DNA of 64,000 bases, taken from positions 1 to 64,000 of the IMG/VR virus record IMGVR_UViG_3300022833_000005, one strand, 5' to 3'. The notes under the pieces are model-generated. The model was not told the origin of the DNA. It saw only the letters and a list, made by a program, of their open reading frames with translations, and did no database searches. A program made the translations under genes and the position numbers. Shown here in pieces: positions 40,201 through 52,300 of the stretch; positions within the stretch are counted from its first letter, which is position 1, and each line of letters opens with the position of its first letter. This DNA comes from a virus.

Positions 40201-40629
40201 ATCCTTAGTTCTATTTCTGACAAGTATTCACAAAGAAGATTAGAAAATAGATTAGAGCAAACATATCAAAATCTATATCCAACATTTGGGTTTGATAGAA
40301 ACTTTCAAACAAGAGTACAACAACAAGCTACCTTTAATACAGGTCAAGGTTCTAAGGGGGGTCAACCATCATTATCAACACCAGGTTTTAATGGGAATGC
40401 TAATAATTTTAGCCAAGGTTTTAATGAAATTAATTCATGGATTGATTATTTTAGAAATTCATCTAAGCAAGATCAAGAAAGAATAAAAAAAGAAGAAGAG
40501 GCTAAAAAATTAAAGGAACAAGAACTTACACCTATAACTCCAGAAAGTAAAAATGGTAGAGTTGTAAAAAACAACACTAAAAAAAATAATAAAAATAGTA
40601 ACATTCTAAGAGCACTACGAGATTTATAA
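37267..40629 (+). CDS. Virion cargo/ejection protein with Gly-rich membrane-type segment
   Basis: GGTIGSIFGPVGGAIGGFIGG; GNSH...GI...EVE motif; many xxGG motifs. Confidence 0.7.
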   Translation: MKAEILKIANVKTEKEFYKKFPNEKTFMAKHGKAVKKLMVKKAQVGSMIKNIDTPTGNVSPTRIDNDYLNDHVASLTGGKSQEQLRQEEMYNAQLSKLQEQSGGGGGGGLSGLISMGQKAYAAYNAQNAKGAEGAIDVEGVDIGGADVGSGRNGETLSKFFMGAPLPNAQTGKTFGQKAKDVYNSKAVQDYGIPIIDDIVSINDTLKAQKEAKAVAKQSRMVSDVALQASKTQPERIERDYVRPEDIEMTGEEFFPIYGVGTNVLAKNGGMFSDQTYASLNNVNQEKIFNQGGYLKKAQDGASFSDMSYGGGAMGGFGMQAGQVVGFNNDAGSQIGGKIGGTIGSIFGPVGGAIGGFIGGGIGDMLDRDDRRIEIDNDKAERNNKELSYSAVAPSVQAGYASHVRNGGNVVSDLFKDGGNLPSNPSALDTMAMGGDIKTLWGGSVDTVSYNPYAGGESIEFKGNSHDNYDPKTRQTGIGVAYGEQSVANNEAVVEVENEPAQKLRDGGGDENLVIYGDLKIPDEYVDEIGDNRAKGMKFKNYVSKLNKDESKINNKMGNAADVGLESDQTIWGQLERATSNVIIDGGDEKLKNIATKKNILADLQSALNDTFDDFQIKGNEFINRSKIVTDPERVANAKSGKTVPKAQDGNESENEFVLNTLPKDKKNYKNAAEAKKDGFEFNKKTNNWERGNETAAIEEKKSSSSALDNVRKGQKSGEKFSGNVTEEQFETLKTENPWFDWSNFDLSKKVKYNGKMVSADTLRYQKEFNKISEDSGSDVRIKADGYFGEQTASARFSERIEGAPASNVIETATVDEPTTTAEETTLTPKIPNIPNFMNRTQGEGLDGNQLLAEQYAMATNQVQPVYAQSYTPNLNVPYDISLQDQMNEIIAQSRALSRSTAFEGNPAAAALMAAPMYEAINKVKADEFRANQAMKSQNVIANNAELNRAQLTNLEIFDKQQDKQAEATSKTRTQNIDILSSISDKYSQRRLENRLEQTYQNLYPTFGFDRNFQTRVQQQATFNTGQGSKGGQPSLSTPGFNGNANNFSQGFNEINSWIDYFRNSSKQDQERIKKEEEAKKLKEQELTPITPESKNGRVVKNNTKKNNKNSNILRALRDL

Positions 40630-40702
40630 CTAATTCAATTATAAAGAATTAACAACACTTGTTATAACAGTTAGGATAATAGAATAAATCATATTACATT
40701 TG
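40624..40702 (+). promoter_or_regulatory. Promoter with TTATAA-N9-TTATAA box
   Basis: Box 40624-40644, TTAGG 40671-40675, TACATTTG 40695-40702. Confidence 0.6.
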
Positions 40703-40709
40703 TTAAATT

Positions 40710-43364
40710 ATGGCATCATACAAAGACCCAGCAAACCTTAAGTTTAATCCTTATGTACAACAACGCCCAGTTGAGGCGATGATGAAAGTCGGTGTGTACA
40801 AACAAGAGAAATATAACGAAGGTGTACAGAAAATACAAACTAGCATTGATAACATTGCTGGATTAGATGTTGTTAGAGATGTTGATAAAGCATATCTTCA
40901 ATCAAAACTTAATCAATTAGGAAGTAACCTCAGCAATGTAGCTGGTGGAGATTTCTCCAATTTCCAATTAGTTAATTCTGTAAATGGAATGACTAATCAA
41001 ATAGCTAAAGATCCAAAGATATTAAATGCTGTAGGATCATCTGCTAGATATAGAAAAGCTTTAGAAAGTAAAGATAAAATAACAGGTGAAGGAAAAGGTT
41101 CTGCGTCTAATGATTTCTTATTTAAGAAAGGTGTAGATACATGGCTTATTGGGGATGCTAATGCTACATATAACGATACCTACAAACCTTATACTAATTA
41201 TAAGAAAAATGCACAAGATGTAGTAAAAAATCTTGTAAAAGATACTACACAACAAGATGTTGCTTTTGACTTTAATGCAAATGGAAATATTATAGGTATA
41301 CGTGATGCTATAACACGTACAAAAATTGAAGGTATTACACCAGGAAAAATACAACAAGCTTTATTAGCAGGTCTTAGTCCTAATGATTGGCAACAGTTAC
41401 AAATTGATGGTCAATACCAATATTCAAATGTAGAAGATTCTGCTTTTGTAAATAACATTAACAGTTCTTACACAAATACATTTACTAAATATTCTGAGGA
41501 AAGAAATAGATTATCTGCATTAGTGAATACAACAGGTGATCCAATTGAACAACAAAAATTACGTGATCAAGTTGAACAGTTAGATGATGTTATAAAAAAA
41601 ACCAGAAGTGAATATAATAATATATCTAAAGGTTTTAGTAATGGTGATGTTGAATCTGCAAAATCTCAATTATATACAAATGATTGGATGACTAATTTTT
41701 CTAATTCTTTTTCTAGTTCAAGTGTAACTCAAACTTATGAAAATAATCCTTTTGCTAAAATGCAAATGGATAGAGATAAGATGCGTCAAACTAGGGATAT
41801 AGCTGAGGCAAAGATGAATCAATTAGAAAGATTTAATAATAATAAAATTGAAATAGAAAAAGAAAAAGCAAGACAGTTAAAATTAAATGGGGGTTATGGT
41901 GAAATAGGTTTACCTACAAGTAAGGATGCTACAGATATTGATGTAATTGCTACATCTGAAATTCAAAGAGATAATACTAAACTTCAAGTAGATAATGAAA
42001 CAGGAAAAATTGCATCTAAATATCAACTTGATGAGGTTGCTTTACTAGAAGTAAAAACTTTGTATTCACAAGGTGCTGCCATAAGATGGGATTTAAAAGA
42101 AGATGTAAGTAAATTAATAGAATTAGAAAGACAACTTGATCTTCAAAATAAAACAATAGATAGTGCTAAAGGTGAAGCTAATACTTTATATCCAAATAAT
42201 GTAAATTCAACAAAAGCTATAGGAAACTTAGCTGGAAAAGTATTCACATTTCAAGAAGGGGGAGATACTTATGAATATGATTATCCTGTTGCCTCTGAAT
42301 TATTTAGAAAGTTTGATAGAGAATACTCATCTCTTACAGGATTTAGTTCAACACCTGCTGGTATGCCTTCTGGTAGTGGTAGTATACCAAAGCATAAATT
42401 TCATGATGACATTGCTAAACAAGAACTTAGTGCTGGTGATTTTAAATTATATAATATTTGGAGAACCCAGGGAGAAAGTGAAGGAGATAGTGGTGAAACT
42501 CTTTATAAAAATATAAATAGTGTTCGTAATAGTGTAAAAAGATTTACTGACGAAAGAGATGCAAAAGTAAATAAATATGTAGCTGATTATTTAAAAGATT
42601 CTCAAGTGATTAATCAACAAAGAGCATATTCAATACCTACAGGAAAGGAAGAAGAACGAGCTGCATTTAGACCAGTGCTTACTAGCATTGCATCAATTGT
42701 TGAAGATGTAGGATTACCTAATGATAAAAATTCTGCTGATGGTATTAGATCAGCAGCAGCTGATTTACTAAGTGCTTCTGTATATACAGACGATAATGGT
42801 AATTATAGTATCGAGGTGTTAAAAAAAGATAAGACTAGTATAAGTATAAATATTCCTCAAGATGTTTATGATCAAGCATTTCAGGGTAGATTTGATCAAA
42901 ACCCTGGAGTTAAAGCTTTTAATCAAACTTACTTAAGACAAATGTTATCTAATCAAAATGATTTATTTCAAAATCAAGAAGGTACCTTTGAAAAGAAACC
43001 AAAAAACTTCTATACTACTTCTACCAATAATGAATATAATACCACTCCAGAAAATTCACATTTAGAAGGTCCAATAGATTTTCCAAATGTTTCTATGTAT
43101 GGAGTATCAGGAAATATTGTAAGTAATAATAAACCAACAGGAGAACAATCATCTTTTATATTACAATTAAATGTTTTTGATCCAATTCTAAAAAAGCATG
43201 TATTAGTTAATCATCTATTTGCACCAATGGATAAAAGTAGATTAATTCCAACTATGCAAATGTTAAGTGATACAGCAATCTTTCAGTTACTTAATAATAC
43301 TGATAAACCTATGCCTTTAGAATATAAAAAACAATTAGAAGACGCTTCAAAACAATTGCAATAA
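40710..43364 (+). CDS. Virion cargo protein preceding the RNA polymerase
   Basis: 884 aa; PYVQQRP N-terminus; synteny. Confidence 0.65.
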   Translation: MASYKDPANLKFNPYVQQRPVEAMMKVGVYKQEKYNEGVQKIQTSIDNIAGLDVVRDVDKAYLQSKLNQLGSNLSNVAGGDFSNFQLVNSVNGMTNQIAKDPKILNAVGSSARYRKALESKDKITGEGKGSASNDFLFKKGVDTWLIGDANATYNDTYKPYTNYKKNAQDVVKNLVKDTTQQDVAFDFNANGNIIGIRDAITRTKIEGITPGKIQQALLAGLSPNDWQQLQIDGQYQYSNVEDSAFVNNINSSYTNTFTKYSEERNRLSALVNTTGDPIEQQKLRDQVEQLDDVIKKTRSEYNNISKGFSNGDVESAKSQLYTNDWMTNFSNSFSSSSVTQTYENNPFAKMQMDRDKMRQTRDIAEAKMNQLERFNNNKIEIEKEKARQLKLNGGYGEIGLPTSKDATDIDVIATSEIQRDNTKLQVDNETGKIASKYQLDEVALLEVKTLYSQGAAIRWDLKEDVSKLIELERQLDLQNKTIDSAKGEANTLYPNNVNSTKAIGNLAGKVFTFQEGGDTYEYDYPVASELFRKFDREYSSLTGFSSTPAGMPSGSGSIPKHKFHDDIAKQELSAGDFKLYNIWRTQGESEGDSGETLYKNINSVRNSVKRFTDERDAKVNKYVADYLKDSQVINQQRAYSIPTGKEEERAAFRPVLTSIASIVEDVGLPNDKNSADGIRSAAADLLSASVYTDDNGNYSIEVLKKDKTSISINIPQDVYDQAFQGRFDQNPGVKAFNQTYLRQMLSNQNDLFQNQEGTFEKKPKNFYTTSTNNEYNTTPENSHLEGPIDFPNVSMYGVSGNIVSNNKPTGEQSSFILQLNVFDPILKKHVLVNHLFAPMDKSRLIPTMQMLSDTAIFQLLNNTDKPMPLEYKKQLEDASKQLQ

Positions 43365-43365
43365 T

Positions 43366-46300
43366 ATGGCAAATAATAATTTATTAGAAAAGGCTCAAAA
43401 AGGAAAAGCAATAGCTAAACCATTAATTCCTGCACCTACACAAGTATCTGCTCCCAACCCTATGGTTGATGAAGCATATATGCAAGAACGATATGGTAAT
43501 CATAGTGGCTCACGTCAAGTGACTGACTTACCTTCTATTAATTATCGAAGTCCTAACACAAGTATTGATATATCAGATGGTGGTGGATCTTCTGCGTTAC
43601 AAGATCTTTTAAAATTTGCATCTGGTAAAGATGAAAGTGGAGGAGGTATAACAAGAACTCTTGATGAATATGCTCAAAATGAGTCTGGTAGATATGATTT
43701 CTTTATGCCAGGAAGTTTTGATAATGAAGATGCTGCTGGACAACAGCAAGGTTTTGGTTCTAAAATGGTAAATGGTATAGGTAAGGGATTATTACTTACA
43801 GGTACAACTTTTTTACAAGGTACTGTAGGACTTGTCAATGGTACATTCCAAGCAATTAATGATGGTAAATTTTCTTCATTTTACGATAATGAATTTAACA
43901 GATCATTAGATGAAGCTAATAAGTGGAGTGAGGATGCTATGCCTAATTATTATACTGCTCAAGAAAGTAATGCTAATTGGTATTCACCTAAGTACTGGGC
44001 AACTGGTAACTTTCTATGGGATGGTGTAGTTAAAAATATGGGATTTGCAGCAGGAGCCTATTTTACTGGAGGTGTTTATACATCTGCATTAAAGGCTTTG
44101 CCTTATGCTTCTAGATTATTCTCTGTAGGAAAAGCAGCAGAAACTTTAGCAGCAACTGAGGCTGGATTAGCTGGTACTAATAATGTGGCAAACGCTTATG
44201 GTAAAATAAGAAAATTATCTGATACGTTTTTAAAAGACTACAAATCACTTAATCTTGGTGGTAGAGTTTTAGTTGCTGGTTTATCTACAACAGGTGAAGC
44301 TGGTATAGAAGCTTTACATAGTAGTAATGAATTTAGACAAAAATTAATTGATAAACACATTGAACAATTTGGTGTTACACCAGTGGGAGATGATTTGGAA
44401 GCAATTGATATAGCTACAGAAGGAGCTGGTAATGCTACGTTCTTTACAAATGTTGCATTGTTAACTGCAACCAATTACATTCAATTTCCTAAAATACTAG
44501 GAAGTTCTTATAAAGCAGAAAAAGGAATAATCAATGGACTAGTTAGAGAGATAGATGACATTGCATATAATGCAGGTAAGTTTACAAGTGTAGTTTCTAA
44601 GTATCCAAAACTTTCTAAACTAAATAAGATTAGACCTTATACATTTTCTATATCAGAAGCATTTGAAGAGGTGAGTCAATACTCTGCAACTGTAGGTACA
44701 CAAGATTATTATAATAAAAAATATAACGGTGAGGCAACTAGTTGGATGGAGTCAATTGGTGTTGGTATTACAACAGGTGCGTTTAGTGATGAAGGTGCTA
44801 AGAATGCTCTTATAGGTGGTTTATCAGGAGCTCTAATGTTAGGTAGAGGTAAGTATAAACAAAGTAAAGCAAAAACAGCTAATACAGCTAAGGCTATCGA
44901 ACTTCTTAATAAAACATCACTTTCTGATTTTACAAAAGAAACTATAAACTCTGTAAATAGAGGAACTGTTCTTCAACAAGATAGAGAAGCAGCTCTTAAG
45001 ATTGGCGACATTCTTAATAGTAAAAATATAGAAGCTGATTATATTATTAATTATCTTACTCCTAGAATTAAGTATGGTAGATTTGATTTAGTAAAAGCTG
45101 ACATTACAGAATATCGTAACCTTGCTGCCACTGAAGAAGGGTTTGCACAATTACAATCTGAAGGAAAAGCTCTTGAATCAGATACTAAAGAAGCATATAT
45201 AGCTAGACTTGATAGATTTGAAGAAACTGCAAATAATACTAATTCTTTATGGCAATCACTTAACTTACGTTATAGTGGACAACTAGGTGAAGATGGGAAA
45301 CCTACCTACACAAGTGACGTAATGAATAAGATGTTATATGCAGCTGCTAAAGTTGCAGACTTTGATGTTAGGATACCAGAACTATCTGGCCCATTAGCCT
45401 CAGCAGGAATTGATACTATAGGTATAGTGCAATCCCTAATTGATGGAAATGTTGAAGCTTTTAATGAAGCAATCGTATCTATTAAAGGTATGGACATTCT
45501 TGCTGATGAAAAAGAAATACTTGCTACTCAATTAGAAGATCTTTCTGAAATAGCATTAGAAAGAAAAGATTTTATAAAAGCATATGAGGATATTAAAAAC
45601 AACCCTAAAGAATATGCAGAAGCTCCATTAAGTGGAACTACTGGAGAAGCTGCTACACACTCTTCAGAAACTATTAAAGTTAAGACTAAACAAGGTGAAA
45701 TAGAAGTTGAATTAGGAACTGAATACTTTGTTGGGAAAGGTGTGGATTATTCAAAAGATCCATTAGATACTCCTGTAACTATTTCTCAATTTGTAGTAGA
45801 AGGTGTAAATGAAGATGGCACTCTTAAAATAAAAACTCAAGATGGGAATATAAAAGATGTATCACCAGATGTTCTTGAGAATTTTAAAATAGGAAAAGTT
45901 TCTACATTAGAAAATAATAAAACTGCTAACTTTTTCTACAATAATAGAAATGATATCTTTGAATTTAACTTTGGTAAAAACTTTGGAGGTAGAAGAAGAG
46001 GTAGACTTGAGTATCAAGATGGTAAACTTTACTTTGTATATTTAACTCCTAAAGGAAAGGTTGCAAAAAAAGAACTTAATAACTCTCATTTTATTCCACA
46101 AAAGGATTTTAAAATGCCAAGGGTATCTAAAGTGGGGAATGTAAACAGTCCACAACAACAGGAAGCTAGAGAACAATTTTTATCACCTGCTGAGGTAGCT
46201 GCACAAAAAGCTACACTTGCTAAAAATAGAGATGCTCGTCTTGAGGTTCTTTCACAGCTTGGTCAAGAAGCTACAGAAAGCCTTGAAGAAATAAATAAGA

Positions 46301-49300
46301 ACTTAGAAAAACAAACTAGTGAATTAAATAAAGTTAAAGAAGATTTAGAAAATATAGAGAAAATGAAAGTGGCTGGTCTTAATGGTCCAAAAATTAAATT
46401 AAACTTCTCTAAAGCAACTAAAGTATTTACACAAGCTTTAAATAAACTTACTAAATTACAAAATATTATTGAAGCTGATATAGCTGACCTTAATAATCAA
46501 AAAGAAGAACTAGAACTTAACATAGCTTATTTCCAAGATTTTACAAATGAGATAAGTGATTTACCAGAAGATAGTGATGAATTTTTACAAGAACTTAAAG
46601 ACCAAGTGAGTCTATTAGTTGATAATGGTAAAAATTTAAATAATGCATTGTCTGCAGCAAATAAATTAGCTAAGGGTGTGGATAAGGCTATTAAGGATGT
46701 CACTAAGTTATTTAGAAAAACATTAAAGGGTGCATACATTGTTGACCAAGACTATTCACAATATTTAAGTGAGTTATTAGATTTAGTAGCTGCAGGTGAA
46801 AACTTAGCAGTAAACTGGCCACTTCTAAAAATAGAAATGGCAAACTTTGCTCTTACTAGTGATCTCTCTAAAGATGCTACAGTAAATGATAATTCATTAA
46901 TTAATGCAATTGATTCTGTAAAAAAATTAACTAAAGACTTAGCTGATATGAGAGCTGAGTACAAAGCTAGAAAAATTATTACAGATAGGTTTCAAAAGAT
47001 AATGAATGAGTATAAAGCTCAAGTTAGTCAGGAAGAAAAACTTACTAATAATAATAAATTAGTCAATCAATTATTATCTACTGCTGATAATGGTCCTGTA
47101 ATTGATTCATCTAACTCAGTGGCATTTGAAGCTGAGTCTAAAAAATCAAATGAAATAATACCTAGAGCAACAGTACCTGTAGATGAGGATAAAGCACATC
47201 AAGTTAGAGCTAATTTATTTGGATTAAATCTAAATTCATTTTCTAACAGAGATAGTATACGTGGTATATTTGTTACAGCTAATACACAAGATCAACTATT
47301 ACCTGGTGTAATAGAAAGAATGCTAGATAATAATGCAGAACTTATTGAAAAGTTCAAGGATGGTATGATTATCATGGTAATGATTGATGAAAGTGGGGCT
47401 CTTGTAGGTGTTGATGGAAAACCTATACCTAAAGAATCAATCCTTTTAGATAATGCAATTTATCAAACAATGCCTTCACAAAGTTTAACTAGTGGTGGAA
47501 TGTTTAGAGAATCTACAACTCAAGAAGTTAAAGATAGTGTTATTGAACAATATAAAGCTTGGCAAAAAGAAACATTAAGTCAAACCACATTAGGTATACC
47601 TCAAGAAATAGATGCCTCTTTTGGGTCAACTGAATCTAATCAAAATAATACAACATCTGCACAAGATGCAGGATTAATTACAGAAGATGATTTAGAAATA
47701 CAAGATTTAATTTATATTCCTACAACAAACAAGGCTGCATCTAAAGGTACAGTTGCTTTCAATTCTCCATTTGGAAGTGTGTTTTTAGAACTCCCTAATG
47801 GATATGTAAAACTTAAGAATAGAATACATACAAAGGCTGAAGCTACTGCAATATATGATTCAGTGCTACAACTAGCTAAAAATATGTTAGATGTTTCTAG
47901 TGGAGGTATCAACAGTGATAGCTCTGTAAGAATTTTAAGTTTTTTAAGAGGTGTTGTATATTGGGGAATTCCAAAAGATCAACAAGGTAATAGAAAAGAA
48001 ACTGGAAACAATAGTGTATTTTTTGAAAAAGATAAAGCTACTGGTTCATTAATGTTAGTATTGTCAAAGGATGGTACTACTTTTAAATTTACACCAAGTC
48101 AATTAGAAAAAAATAAAGTATTGATTATTAATAAGTTAGAACAGATGTATAATAATGCAACTGGATCTAAATCAAAAGATATAAATAAGAAGTTTGAACA
48201 AATAATATCTATATCTATAGATGGAGAATTTAAATCTGTAACCTGGTTAAATTATCAATCATACTTATTATCAAATAAAAACCCTGATGGTTCTCAAAGA
48301 GAAGGGTATCAAGTACCATTGTCTACAACAATCAATCCTGAAGAAGAAGGTAAGGTAAATAGAAAAGGTATATACTTTTATACTACTAATACTGCTGATG
48401 ATTTTATTATCCCAGAACCTAAAGCAGTAGTTAAACCTATAGTTCCAAAAGTTCTATTACCTAAAGGGGCACCAACAGTTGCTTCAACTGATACAGAATT
48501 TGAATTTACAGTGGGTGGAGCACCTACTGGAAAATGGAAATTAGATGGAGTTTCAGTGAACACATATGTTTCTCCAGATGGAAAACAAATAATGTTTACA
48601 GCTTCAGCTGATACTAATATGGATAATTACACTGAAACAATTTCAATATTGAAAGGTGGTGATTTAGATGCTGTTATCAAAACAATAACAGATGCAGGAA
48701 AAGACTTTAAACAGATACTAAAACAAACAGTATATAACGCTATTGCATCAGAACTTACTGTTGATGCATCACAGGCAGCATATATAGAAGCTATAACACC
48801 TGCTCCTGAAGTAATTGCTCAAGATTCTGAATTTGAGTTTACAGTTGTTGAACAATCTGCACAAGATCAAATAGATGCACTTGAAGATCAGATTAATAAC
48901 ATGATGTCTGATATTAATTCAGAAGATCTTCGTATTGCTATTGAATCAGAAGCTGATAGAATTAAACCAGAAAATTGGAATAAGGTTGAAGCTTTCTTAA
49001 AGAAAAACTTTCCAAATCTTCCTGTATATAGAGTGAAGAATATTATTCAAGCTACTAATGGAAGACAAGCTTGGGGTATGTTTAAGGATGGAGCTATTTA
49101 TGTATATGAAAATGCAGAAACTGGTACAGCTTATCATGAAGTGTTTGAGGCTGTTTGGAAAATGTTTACAGATGTTAAAGAACAAGGTTCTGTAATTAAT
49201 GAATTTAAATCTAGACAAGGAACCTTTGTAGATAGACCTACAGGGAAAACAATTAAATACTCTGATGCTACTGCTGCTGAAATAAAAGAAGAACTTGCTG

Positions 49301-52300
49301 AAGAATTTAGAGATTATATACAAGATAAAAAGATTCCAGGTAAATCAAAAGGTGGATCATTTATTTCTAGGCTATTTGCAGATCTTAAAAACTTTATTTC
49401 AAAATTTCTTTTGGGTAAAGATGCACAGTCTAAAACTGAAGAGTTATTTTCTAAAATAGGAAATGGCTATTATAAAAAACATATGCCATATGCTACAAAG
49501 CTATCTATGGCTAAAGAAGGAATAATAAGTATTGATGATGCATTTGCTACATCTGAATCTGAATTTAGATTAAAAACTCTAAGTGATAGACAAAGTGCAG
49601 ATGTTAATGATGAAATGACCTTTCTTCTTATAAATAGTTTGATTAAAACAGATAGAAGTTTATTTAATATACCAAGTCTTTCATCAACAGAAGTTTATGA
49701 TAACTTAAAGGTGGGTGTTCTAACAACTATTAGAAAAAAAGAAATAGCAATTAATAAGTTACTTAAAAATGGAACTGATCTTCCTGTAGGTACTTTGTTA
49801 TCTATGGTTGAGCAAAATCAACAATTAGAAAGAGATGTTGTTTCTGACTGGACAAGACTTGTAGAAAGACATAAAGAATATATTAGATCTTTTGAAATTA
49901 CATTTGATGAAGCTGATAATGTTCAATTAGGTGAAGAAAATAAAATTAAAGAAAGTAATAAATTTGATGCAACAAAAATAGATAGTTTTAAAAAATCAAA
50001 TGTTGCTATTAGATTATTATTAGCATCAAATCCAACATATAGTGAAAATGGTAAACCTGTTTTATCATCAATAAACGGTAGGAAGTTAATGCCTGTAAGT
50101 AAAACATTTATAACTTTAATGAACAGACTTCATAAGTCTACTAGTATAGAAGATATGATGTCTAAGTTGGGTAGTATGGCAATGGAAGATCCTGCATATA
50201 AAACTCTTTACAAGCGTATAACTAAAACAGATGCTACACCTGGTGCAGTAGATTTAAGTAAAATAGATACTACATATGGAGCATCTTTACTTTCTGGAAT
50301 GTGGAAAACATTTAAGAAACAAAATCCAGATGTTAAGAATGTATTTATTTTTGATAATGGGGAAGTAGCTGTAGGTGATGCTGCTCTTTCTAGTGCAGCT
50401 AATCAATTAAGATCTGAATATATTAATTCTATTGCTACATTAGCTAAAGCTGGAAAAGGTTTCTTTACATACGATGTTAAACAAAATGCATACTTTGTAA
50501 GTAAGAAAAAGTTAGGAGCTGCTCCTACTAATACATATACAGAAATGGTAAGCTTTCTTGCACAGATGGGTATTCCATTTACTGTAGCAGAAGTTAAAAG
50601 ATTAAAAGGTTCTAATCAAAGAGTATTTTTTAATGCTGTAAATGGTATTAAAAGAAGTCTTGCAATATCTGGTAAGATTACAAGTCTTTCTAAAAAAACA
50701 TTAGATATAAATAAAAGATTATTAGAATTAGGTATTTTAAAAACAGCAATTGCTAACCCAGAATTTAGTAGTACATATTTTAATGTAAGTGGTGAGCGTA
50801 CACAATCATTCATAGGAACTAATGCCGCTTCTGACTTACACAATGCACTATCATCTATACAAAACTTAAGTGAATTAGCAGGAACTCAATATGAATATAT
50901 ATTAACAGATAGTTTCTCAAAAGGTTCTAATATAATAAATAGAATGTTTACTTCATCTGGACAACGTAAACCTGATATTGATTTATTTAATGTTGCATAT
51001 GCTGGTGGTACAATAAATGAGGCTAAAGGTCAACAAAAATCATCTGCTAATCTTACATTTACACAAAGACTTGCTCAAGAATTAAATATGAACTTAAGTG
51101 GTCAATATTTAAACTTGATACCAGGAGATGCTTCTATTGAATGGATGTTAAATATGGGTAACCCTATTCATGCAAATGATTTTAGTAGAGGTTTTACAGA
51201 TGTGCATGATATATTTAAAGGGTATTTTTTATCTGAATTTGAATTATCTAAAGAAGATAGATCGATAGCTAATGTAAAGAATAGAGAAACTAAAGATTTA
51301 CGTTTCTTCAAAGGTATACTGGGAGATAGCTTACATGCTGATGTAATTACAACAGAAGGTACAGCAGAAGAGGTGTATATTATGTTTGAAACTAAAATTA
51401 AAGAAGCTACTGAGCAATTTATAAAAAAAGATGTAGGTAGATATATAAAATATTTACAGGCGTATGGTGTATTATCTAATATCGATGGGACATATACATT
51501 TAAAAATGTAGACCTTGCTGCAGACATGGATGCAAATCAAATGATTAGACAGCTTACAGCTATCAATGTTAATTATATGATTGCTAACATTGAAATGCAT
51601 AAGTTACTATACTCTGACCCGTATCAATATAAAGATGAACTTAAACGTACAAAGAGTTTTAACTCTCCTCGTCAGGCAATTGTAAGTAATTCACCTAAGA
51701 TGAATGTTGCATTTAATAATGTATGGAATGAAGGATTTAAAAAAGGAGACGTTGGTTATACTAATTTTACACAAGATTATTTTCGTACAACTACTCATAA
51801 AGATGTAATAGGTATTGTAGATTTACCTGGTTATGGTTCATATGAAGAAACTGATGGTGGTGGTATAATATCACAGAAATCATATCGTGAGTTTAGAATT
51901 AGAGCTAGTGATTGGAATGAGAATGAAGAGTTGCAATACAGGTATGATGTAGCTTTTGAAAAACGTGATAAAAAAATAAAGTTAAGTAAATCTGAAATTG
52001 AAATTCTTAAAAATAAAAATCCTGCAATTAAAAGTGCTTATACATCACTTAAGCCTATTGTGTCAGGATCTAAACTTGGTAAAGATGGGAACTCTTCTAA
52101 ATTCAATAATGTTGTATTAGATAAGTATGCACTATACCCTCTATCTTATAGAATCTTAAAAGAACTTAATGCTGATTCAAATGCATTAAAGTTATATAAT
52201 AAGATGCAAAATGAAGATGTTGATTATATTGTATTTGACTCTGGTAGAAAAGTAGGTGCTGAAACATCACATGATACATATAATAAAGATGGATCATTTA

